A stretch of DNA of 64,000 nucleotides from Pseudomonadota bacterium (lineage in GTDB: Bacteria; Bdellovibrionota_C; UBA2361; OMII01), in NCBI GenBank assembly GCA_038134595.1, contig JAYPVM010000001.1:355369-419368 (forward strand), read 5' to 3'. The notes below the pieces were generated by a model. The model worked only from the letters and a program-made list of their open reading frames with translations, had not been told where the DNA came from and did no database searches. The first letter of the stretch is position 1. Each line of letters starts with the position of its first letter. The position numbers were made by a program, and so were the translations under genes. Positions 56,394 to 64,000 of this stretch are shown here, piece after piece.

Positions 56394-58316
56394 ATGATTT
56401 CTAGGGCGCAACCTTCGAGGAAGAGCTACAAGGCATTAGTAGTTTGTGCACTGGCTCTTCTCACTACGGCTACCTCCTGCGGTGGTGGCGGTGGCTCAGG
56501 AGGCAGTGCCTCTGGAGGGCTTGCCTCGGCTAACAGAGGTTGTACTGGTAGTTGCCCGAATCAATCGCTCTCCTCATCTGAAGTCCGAGTGATTCTTCGG
56601 CAAGCTCTGACTGCCGCGCGTGCGCTCAATACTGCTGGAACATTTGCTGTGCTCGATAGAGTTGGAAATGTCTTAGCGCTCTATCAGATGCAAGGCGCGC
56701 AAAGCTCGAGCATTGTAAATGGTCAAATCGGTGCCGTAGGCGGGCTTGAGGGAGTAGCTGTACCGGCAACGCTTGCGGCGATATCAAAGGCTGGTACAGG
56801 TGCTTATCTTAGTTCTCAAGGTAATGCGTTCTCAACTCGAACCGCGAGTCAAATCGTTCAAGAGCATTTTCTTCCAGGGCAGAGTTTTCAACCGGGAGGT
56901 CCACTCTTTGGGGTTCAGTTCTCTCAGCTTGTGTGTAGCGATGTTACCCTTGAAGGCAATGCAATGCTGGGGCCTCGACCGCTTCCTTTAGGTTTATCTG
57001 CTGATCCCGGTGGATTTCCTCTCTATAAAGATGGAGACCTCGTAGGGGGAATTGGAGTCGAGATAGACGGGCTCTATACTCTTGATAGAGACGTAAGTAA
57101 TTTTGATGAGGCGCCGGAGGAGTTTGTTGCGCTAGCGGCAAGTCGAGGTTTTGAAGCTCCGGCAGAGAGGGTGGGCGACAACGTAGTCGTTGTTGGACGC
57201 TCACTTCGATTCTCTGATATCGGCTACTCTGAGATTCCATCCTATGAAACTCTCGATGATATCTCTGATAACGAGCTAGTGGCGCTCGCAGGATTTACCG
57301 ATGGAACGATAAAAGATGGGGCAGTTTTTGGCACTGCTGAATCCGGAATTGCCAATACGGTGCGAAGAGATATTCCGGTATCAGTTCTTACTGGAAGATT
57401 TCCTACGAAGGCAGGTCGTGCTCTTTCTGGAGGAATTGAGCTCTCTGTATCAGATGTAGATGCTCTTTTGGATTCAGCGCTGATGACAGCAAATCGGATG
57501 AGAGCTGCGATTAGAACTCCCCGCGATTCTTCAGCTAGAGTTTCCATCTTTGTAGTTGATAACAGAGGTGAGGTCTTAGGTTTTGTTCGCTCGCAGGATG
57601 CTCCACTCTTTGGTATCGATGTGGCGCTTCAAAAAGCACGAATGGCGGCTTTCTTAAGCTCCACAGATGCACACGATATCTTGGTGCGCGCATCGGGTGG
57701 ATTTAATAAAAACTATGCGGAGGCATTCGAGCAGCTTCTTGGTAGAAGGCTAGATGGGTCGCTAGCTGTGTCTGCGCGTGCTGTTGGAACTATCGCTCGA
57801 CCGTTTTTTCCAGACGGTATCGATGGAAATCAGGAAGGTGCATTCTCACTTCCATATCCGGGTAGTACAACCGGTGCTTCATGGAGCATCTTTAATACAG
57901 GACTCCAACTCGATTTAATTACAGCCGCCTTTGTAGCGCCGGTTGTAGCTCCAGGTAGTGTTCCACACCGATGTACCTCAGATGCAAGCTTTGGAGATAG
58001 GTTACGAAACGGTATTCAGATATTTGCAGGAGGCGTGCCTCTTTATAGAAACGGTGTGCTAGTTGGAGCAATAGGTGTAAGTGGCGATGGGATCGATCAC
58101 GATGATATGGTATCGTTTTACGGCGCAAGCAGACGGGGCTTAGATTTTGCCGGTCATACCGAGATAGGGGATGCAGAGTATGGATTTAACGCGCCGCGAG
58201 AATTACGAATCGATAATGTAACGATGCCAACACCAGAAACACGTCTTCGATATGTGCAGTGTCCAGAGGGTGGCTTTATTCAAGGAACAGAGCAGAATAT
58301 CTGTGGAGATGGTTAG
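56394..58316 (+). CDS. Lipoprotein with two GlcG/HbpS heme-binding domains
   Basis: Lipobox ATSC-GGGGG; VLDRVGNVL...AISKA.T...PGGFPLYKDG.LVGGIGV and VVDNRG...VALQKAR.A...FAGGVPLYRNG.LVGAIGVSG. Confidence 0.85.
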   Translation: MISRAQPSRKSYKALVVCALALLTTATSCGGGGGSGGSASGGLASANRGCTGSCPNQSLSSSEVRVILRQALTAARALNTAGTFAVLDRVGNVLALYQMQGAQSSSIVNGQIGAVGGLEGVAVPATLAAISKAGTGAYLSSQGNAFSTRTASQIVQEHFLPGQSFQPGGPLFGVQFSQLVCSDVTLEGNAMLGPRPLPLGLSADPGGFPLYKDGDLVGGIGVEIDGLYTLDRDVSNFDEAPEEFVALAASRGFEAPAERVGDNVVVVGRSLRFSDIGYSEIPSYETLDDISDNELVALAGFTDGTIKDGAVFGTAESGIANTVRRDIPVSVLTGRFPTKAGRALSGGIELSVSDVDALLDSALMTANRMRAAIRTPRDSSARVSIFVVDNRGEVLGFVRSQDAPLFGIDVALQKARMAAFLSSTDAHDILVRASGGFNKNYAEAFEQLLGRRLDGSLAVSARAVGTIARPFFPDGIDGNQEGAFSLPYPGSTTGASWSIFNTGLQLDLITAAFVAPVVAPGSVPHRCTSDASFGDRLRNGIQIFAGGVPLYRNGVLVGAIGVSGDGIDHDDMVSFYGASRRGLDFAGHTEIGDAEYGFNAPRELRIDNVTMPTPETRLRYVQCPEGGFIQGTEQNICGDG

Positions 58317-58318
58317 GA

Positions 58319-60133
58319 GTGAATAATAAGAGCGCTCAGCACGGTGACAGCGATAAAGGTTACTGGAGTTGTTTGCGCGATTTTCTCCTGCGAAACGCAG
58401 TTTGCTTTTTAGCGGTTGTTCCTTTGACTCTCCAAGCTGAAGAGAGAGGCGTGCAAGACGAAGTGCATCGTGAGCAATCTCCAGAGGATATACCCCGTAG
58501 ATTTACCGATAAAGATACTCCTGATTTTCCTGCCTACATCTATGAGTCGATACCACCTGTTGCAAATTCTGCCTCGGATTTTCTTGCACTTCCGGATAGG
58601 TGGCGGATGTTTTATGCAGGTAAATGGTATGACCCGTACAATCAAAGTGTATTAAAGGGTGATGTACCAATCTTTGGATCGCCGGGGCACGAGTGGTTTA
58701 CAGAGCTTTCGATTCTATCGGACTCGCTCTATGAGTCTCGCAGGATTCCAGTGCCGGTGGGATTTGCTTCTACGAAGAGACCTGATAGCAATAACGTATT
58801 TGGTGACGGCGACCAGTGGATGTTTGTGCAGAATGTTATCACCTCGCTGTCGTTAATTCGGGGAAACACAGCCTTTAAGCCACCTGATTTTGAACTCCGC
58901 ATAGCGCCAGTCTTTAATTACAACTATGTATCGGCAGATGAGAATGGACTTCTAAAAGCTGACCCGTCATTTGGTTCAGTTCGAAGTGATAGCTTCATAG
59001 GTTTTCAGGAACTGTTTGCAGATATTCACATAGCTAATCTCTCTGACCGCTATGACTTTGTATCATCAAGAATCGGTATTCAGCAGTTTAATGCTGATTT
59101 TAGGGGCTTCTTGTTTAACGATAATGAGCCTGGCGTAAGGATCTTTGGAAACTACGATAATAATAAATTACAGTTTAACCTCGCCGCATTCTCAAGGCTC
59201 GACAAAGATGTGAACTCCGGCATCAACACGATGTTTACCGATCGTCACGAAGATGTGTTTGTCGCAAACCTCTTTAGGCAAGATATGCTTACCCTCGGGC
59301 ATACGATGCTCTTTAGCGTAGTACACCGGGCAGATACAGCAGGAAATTCTGGATACAGATACGATAGAAACAACTTTCAAGCGCGCCCGACAGCTATAGG
59401 AGATCAGCGCTTTCGAAATATCTACAGCACGTATTTTGGTATTGGAGGAGACGGACACTTCGGACGGATCAACACGACCTCACAGTTCTACTATGTGATG
59501 GGTTCCGAGAGCCATAATCCGATTGCAAATCGTAGGGTCTCTATCGGAGCTGCGATGTTTGCCACAGAAGCTTCCGTGGATGTTGATTGGGTTCGGTTTA
59601 GAACATCCTTCATGTGGGCCTCCGGCGACCGAGATCCGTATGACAGTAGGGCAACGGGATTCGATGCTATCTTTGATAATCCTAATTTTGCAGGAGGCGA
59701 CCTCTCGTTTTGGCAACGACAAGGCATTCCGTTTATTGGGGGCGGTGCTACCAATCTTGTTAATAGAAATAGTTTGCTCCCGAATCTGCGTCCCACAAAA
59801 GAGCTTGGGCAATCAAACTTTGTGAATCCAGGTCTAAGGCTCTATAACGTTGGAATGGATATTGAGGTCCTTCCTGAATTAAAGCTAATAAATAACGCAA
59901 CGTTCCTAGAGTTTGATCAGCCAGCGGTTTTAAAAACGCAACGGCAAGACGGTTCAATGGGCAGAGAGCTTGGAGTGGATCTCTCAACTGGTTTCTTGTA
60001 TCGACCGTTTCTAAATAATAACGTTCAACTACGGGCGGGAGTTGGTGTGTTTTTGCCAGCGCATGGGTACGACAATTTATTTGGCGACCGTGTTAATTAC
60101 GATGCGTTTACTAATATTATACTGCAGTATTGA
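58319..60133 (+). CDS. Probable outer-membrane beta-barrel protein
   Basis: Signal-like segment, alternating amphipathic beta-strands, Asn/Asp/Gly-rich loops, C-terminal aromatic (FTNIILQY); start uncertain. Confidence 0.65.
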   Translation: MNNKSAQHGDSDKGYWSCLRDFLLRNAVCFLAVVPLTLQAEERGVQDEVHREQSPEDIPRRFTDKDTPDFPAYIYESIPPVANSASDFLALPDRWRMFYAGKWYDPYNQSVLKGDVPIFGSPGHEWFTELSILSDSLYESRRIPVPVGFASTKRPDSNNVFGDGDQWMFVQNVITSLSLIRGNTAFKPPDFELRIAPVFNYNYVSADENGLLKADPSFGSVRSDSFIGFQELFADIHIANLSDRYDFVSSRIGIQQFNADFRGFLFNDNEPGVRIFGNYDNNKLQFNLAAFSRLDKDVNSGINTMFTDRHEDVFVANLFRQDMLTLGHTMLFSVVHRADTAGNSGYRYDRNNFQARPTAIGDQRFRNIYSTYFGIGGDGHFGRINTTSQFYYVMGSESHNPIANRRVSIGAAMFATEASVDVDWVRFRTSFMWASGDRDPYDSRATGFDAIFDNPNFAGGDLSFWQRQGIPFIGGGATNLVNRNSLLPNLRPTKELGQSNFVNPGLRLYNVGMDIEVLPELKLINNATFLEFDQPAVLKTQRQDGSMGRELGVDLSTGFLYRPFLNNNVQLRAGVGVFLPAHGYDNLFGDRVNYDAFTNIILQY

Positions 60134-63100
60134 TGGTGAATTTTGTGGCGAGGCAAGGATTGAGCAGGTGTAGGAAAAAAGCAGGCGAAACGCCGATAGT
60201 ACGCACGCTACTTGCTGTTCTGGTCTGTATGTGTAGTCGAGTCGCCATTGCAGAAGATCCCTACACCGATGTATTAGAGCCAGGGATAACACAAGCCGAA
60301 CAAGATGAAACAAGTCTAGGCTGTATTGACTGTCATACGAAAACGGATGCTCCGACTATGCACACTAATCCAGCTGTGCATATCGGGTGCGCCCAGTGTC
60401 ACGGAGGTGATGCTAGTGTGCGAGCAGAAGGGGTTTCCAAAGAGGATCCCGTGTATGAAGAGCTAAAGCGCGCAGCACACGTTCTACCAGAAAACCCTGA
60501 AAACTGGTTGTCATCAGCAAATCCCAAGCACTCATATACCAATTTGATGAAGGAGCCACGTGAATTCGTGCGCTTTATCAACCCCGGTGATTTACGTGTC
60601 GCTCCGCAAGTATGTGGCGGGTGTCACAGTGAGATCGTTCCTGCTGTTCGAAAGAGCTTGATGACCACATCAGCGATGCTGTGGGGAGGCGCGTCGTATA
60701 ATAACGGACTTCTTCCGTATAAGCGGTATGTCTTAGGTGAAGGGTATACTATAGACGGAGAGCCTGCCAGTGTCGCACACGATAGCTCAAGAGAGATGAC
60801 ACCAGAGATGCAGGCGCGAGGCGTATTAGAGAAGCTTCTTCCTATGCCTACATGGGAGGTGTATCAGCCAGCAGATATCTTTAGGATCTTTGAGCGGGGT
60901 GGATTCTTCATTCGCTCGCAGTTTGCTGAAACGGGGCTGCCCAATCCCTTTGAAGAATCTGGTAAGCCTGATGTTCGAGCATCGAATCGGGGCCCAGGAA
61001 CAGGTGGCCGCATCGCAGTGCCACTCCTTAATCTTCATAAAACACGTCTTAACGACCCTCATTTAAGCTTCTTGGGAACCAATGACCATCCGGGAGACTA
61101 TCGAAGTAGTGGCTGTACGGCGTGCCATGCAGTGTATGCCAATGATAGAGATCCACTGCACTCAGGACCGTATGCAAAATATGGGCACGAAGGAAAGAGT
61201 ATTACAAGCGACCCAACGATCCCTAAAGACGAAGAGGGGCACCCTCTAAAGCACGTGTTTACCCGAGCCATTCCAACCAGTCAGTGTATGGTGTGTCACA
61301 TGCATCAGCCTAATATGTTTCTTAATACGTATTTAGGGTACACGATGTGGGATTATGAATCAGACGCTCCAAGCATGTGGCCTAAGAAACAGAAATATCC
61401 CAGTGATGAAGAGGAGCATGCCTCCCTTATGCACAATCCAGAGGAAGCTGCTGTAAGGGGTAAGTGGACAGATATTGATTTCTTAAAGCGTGTCAGCGAT
61501 CTCAATCCATCTCTTAATACGACACAGTTTGCAGATTACCACGGACACGGATGGAATTTTCGAGCTGTCTTCAAGCGAGATAGAAAGGGACGACTACTCG
61601 ATAAAAACGACAAAGTGGTGGATTTTAACGATCCAAAGAAGTTTAAGAAGGCAGTTCACTTACGAGATATTCATGTTGATTTTGGCTTGCAATGTATCGA
61701 CTGTCATTTTAGCCAAGACGTTCATGGAGATGGTAATATCTACGGCGAAGTTGCCCAGGCAGTTGAGATAGGGTGTGAGGATTGTCACGGTACGATTCAA
61801 AGTAAAGCAACGCTAACAACCTCAGGCCCAGCAGCACAAGAGGGCGGGCGAGACCTATCCTTAAAGCGTACCCCGTGGGGCGAGCGGCAGTTTGTGTGGC
61901 AGGGAGATAAACTTATACAACGCTCACTGGTTACTGAAGGGTTAGAGTGGACAGTAAAGCAGGTGCGAGATTCCGTTGATCCTGCCAGTAAACATTACAA
62001 CCCGCGCTCTGCAAAAGCTAAACTCGTTACAAGGATTAAAGATGGAACAACCTCGTACGGGATAGCGAAGGTAGAGGAGATCGATACCAAAAAGAAAAAT
62101 TCTAATCTGGCACACCCCAACGAAGACATGTCGTGCTTTGCCTGCCACAGTTCGTGGACTACAGCGTGTGGCGGATGTCACTTGCCAATAAAGGCTAATA
62201 GAAAGACGACTACAAACCACTACGAAGGCAAAGAAACACGCAACTGGGCGTCGTACAATCCGCAAGTTGCACGCGACGCTATGTATCAACTAGGACGCCA
62301 CGGACCAGCTAAGAATGGCAAGATCGTGCCGATTCGTTCCTCCAGCGCGCTTATACTAAGCTCCGAAGACAGTAATCGGCAGAAGATTTACGTACAACAA
62401 CCCCCAACCTCTGCTAGCGGACACAGTTCACAGGCTTTTGCTCCGCATTTTCCTCATACAGTGCGAACTCGGGAGACGAAGGGTTGTAAGGATTGCCACG
62501 TCTCTGAAGCAAACGATAATAACGCCATAATGGCGCAGCTGTTACTGCTTGGAACCAACTACGTAAACTTTATGGGCTACCACACGTGGCTTGCAACAGC
62601 GGAGGCTGGTTTAGAGGCGGTGCAAGTCACAGAGTGGGACGAGCCACAGGCTGTAATCGGAAGTTATCTGCATAAATACGCGTATCCTGACTACTACAAA
62701 CAACACCAGGGGCGAAAACTCGAACTAGAAACTAGCCACAGACATCACGGAGCGGGGGGGAGCACGCAAGCCATTCAGCTTCGTGGCGAGTATCTCTATA
62801 CTGCGGCTGGTAGCGGAGGTTTTAGAGTATACGATGTGGCAAATATCGCGAATAAGGGGTTCTCAGAGCGGATCGTGACGAGCCCAGTTTCTCCCCTTGG
62901 ACAAAACACGCATGTTGCAACCACTGATGCAACCGACTTAGCGCTTCCAACAACGATGCCAGTAGCTCCGTTTAAGAAACAGTTGTCTGAGAATTTGGAG
63001 AGCCCGCTTCATGCCATCTACCACTATGCGTTTATTACCGATCGAAAAGAAGGTTTAATCGTAGTGAATATCGACACGCTTCAGGACGGTGAGCCTCGAA

Positions 63101-63867
63101 ATAATTTTCTAAAGCGGGCTGCTACGTGGAATCCAGATGGAGTCTTAACAGGAGCAAGAACGATAACGCTTGCCGGCGCCCGCGCGTTTGTCGGTACAGA
63201 GACAGAAGTTGTTGTCGTGTCGCTTCAAGATCCGCTTGCCCCTGTTATTGAGACACGTTGGAAGGCAGATAAGCCAACGGGGATAGAGGTTCAATTCCGG
63301 TATGCGTTTATGACAGATGCACAAGGGTTTCATGTCATAGATATCACTGACACTGCAAATCCACGGGAATTAGAGAGCGGATTTATACCGCTTAGTGATG
63401 CCAGAAATGTATATGTGGCAAGAACATATGCGTATGTGGCAGGGGGCAAGGATGGCGTTGTAATCATCGATATCGAGAAGCCCCACAAGCCTTTCTTGTA
63501 CCAGAGATTTACAGGCGATGGAGCAATTACAGATTGCTATGATGTAAAGGTCGCATCTACCAACGCTAGCCTTATCGGCTATGTCGCTAACGGACGAGAT
63601 GGGCTCGTCGTACTACAACTTACCGACCCCGACACAGTTCCAGGATTCTACGGCTTTTCTCCCCCAGTAAAGCCCCGTATCATTGCAACGAAGCACACTG
63701 CAGGCTCTGCTGTAGCACTCTCCAAACCCCTTGATCGCGATCGTGCTGTAGATGAGACGGGGAATCAGGTAAGCGTTCTCGGGCGTCTGGGTAGCCGTCC
63801 GTTTACCTTAGAAGAGATGAGGCGTATGTATCTGACCCGTGAGGGCAAGCTTTGGACGGTAGAGTAG
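60130..63867 (+). CDS. Decaheme cytochrome c with C-terminal LVIVD repeats
   Basis: 10 CxxCH motifs; YLYTAAGSGGFRVYDV, YAFITDRKEGLIVVNI, YAYVAGGKDGVVIIDI, GYVANGRDGLVVLQL repeats. Confidence 0.9.
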   Translation: MMVNFVARQGLSRCRKKAGETPIVRTLLAVLVCMCSRVAIAEDPYTDVLEPGITQAEQDETSLGCIDCHTKTDAPTMHTNPAVHIGCAQCHGGDASVRAEGVSKEDPVYEELKRAAHVLPENPENWLSSANPKHSYTNLMKEPREFVRFINPGDLRVAPQVCGGCHSEIVPAVRKSLMTTSAMLWGGASYNNGLLPYKRYVLGEGYTIDGEPASVAHDSSREMTPEMQARGVLEKLLPMPTWEVYQPADIFRIFERGGFFIRSQFAETGLPNPFEESGKPDVRASNRGPGTGGRIAVPLLNLHKTRLNDPHLSFLGTNDHPGDYRSSGCTACHAVYANDRDPLHSGPYAKYGHEGKSITSDPTIPKDEEGHPLKHVFTRAIPTSQCMVCHMHQPNMFLNTYLGYTMWDYESDAPSMWPKKQKYPSDEEEHASLMHNPEEAAVRGKWTDIDFLKRVSDLNPSLNTTQFADYHGHGWNFRAVFKRDRKGRLLDKNDKVVDFNDPKKFKKAVHLRDIHVDFGLQCIDCHFSQDVHGDGNIYGEVAQAVEIGCEDCHGTIQSKATLTTSGPAAQEGGRDLSLKRTPWGERQFVWQGDKLIQRSLVTEGLEWTVKQVRDSVDPASKHYNPRSAKAKLVTRIKDGTTSYGIAKVEEIDTKKKNSNLAHPNEDMSCFACHSSWTTACGGCHLPIKANRKTTTNHYEGKETRNWASYNPQVARDAMYQLGRHGPAKNGKIVPIRSSSALILSSEDSNRQKIYVQQPPTSASGHSSQAFAPHFPHTVRTRETKGCKDCHVSEANDNNAIMAQLLLLGTNYVNFMGYHTWLATAEAGLEAVQVTEWDEPQAVIGSYLHKYAYPDYYKQHQGRKLELETSHRHHGAGGSTQAIQLRGEYLYTAAGSGGFRVYDVANIANKGFSERIVTSPVSPLGQNTHVATTDATDLALPTTMPVAPFKKQLSENLESPLHAIYHYAFITDRKEGLIVVNIDTLQDGEPRNNFLKRAATWNPDGVLTGARTITLAGARAFVGTETEVVVVSLQDPLAPVIETRWKADKPTGIEVQFRYAFMTDAQGFHVIDITDTANPRELESGFIPLSDARNVYVARTYAYVAGGKDGVVIIDIEKPHKPFLYQRFTGDGAITDCYDVKVASTNASLIGYVANGRDGLVVLQLTDPDTVPGFYGFSPPVKPRIIATKHTAGSAVALSKPLDRDRAVDETGNQVSVLGRLGSRPFTLEEMRRMYLTREGKLWTVE

Positions 63868-63917
63868 AAGATATAGTTGATTGCACACATACCGAACTAA
63901 GAGAGATAAGCACCCCT

Positions 63918-64000
63918 ATGAAAGAGTTATTGTTTAAGGCGTGTTCAAGGCGCACGTTTTTGGGAAGCGGTCTCTTCTCTGTGGCGGCATTGGCAAGCAG
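63918..64000 (+). CDS. Tat-signal-bearing protein, 5' end (partial)
   Basis: MKELLFKACSRRTFLGSGLFSVAALAS matches S-R-R-x-F-L. Confidence 0.6.
   Translation, partial: MKELLFKACSRRTFLGSGLFSVAALAS

Overview
Bacterial chromosomal window with moderate GC. Gene content (FapA, TadE-like and type IV-type pilins, a sigma54 site, multiheme cytochromes) suggests a Gram-negative, Deltaproteobacteria/Bdellovibrionota-like organism; this is inference only. Housekeeping blocks: accB(3' end)-accC; ffs (SRP RNA, absent from the ORF track)-dnaX-ybaB-recR-tRNA-Asn; mutM; hppA; ettA; hisS-yjbQ-ITPase-RsmB/F. Three accessory patches lie between them. (i) A ~4.4 kb segment (26.4-30.9 kb) bounded by a 62-bp direct repeat of a small gene's 3' end, holding an IS91-type transposase relic and a CBS gene flanked by ~84-bp direct repeats. 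(ii) A decayed three-cassette integron array with no integrase in the window (34.8-37.05 kb). (iii) A ~3.8 kb insert (52.6-56.4 kb) with 140-bp tandem repeats, a 70-bp inverted-repeat-flanked lipoprotein gene, a Fic gene with an operator-like array and a toxin/immunity-like pair. The most notable system is a large redox cluster (46.2 kb to the window end, split by insert iii). It encodes a pentaheme cytochrome, an FAD/NAD(P)H oxidoreductase fused to two cNMP-binding domains and a 4x[4Fe-4S] domain, a His-bearing membrane protein, an FHA-like/TM/decaheme protein, a double GlcG/HbpS lipoprotein, a probable outer-membrane beta-barrel, a decaheme LVIVD protein and a Tat-signal ORF. Together these could form a signal-gated trans-envelope electron conduit. 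All assignments come from motif reading by eye; no searches were run.
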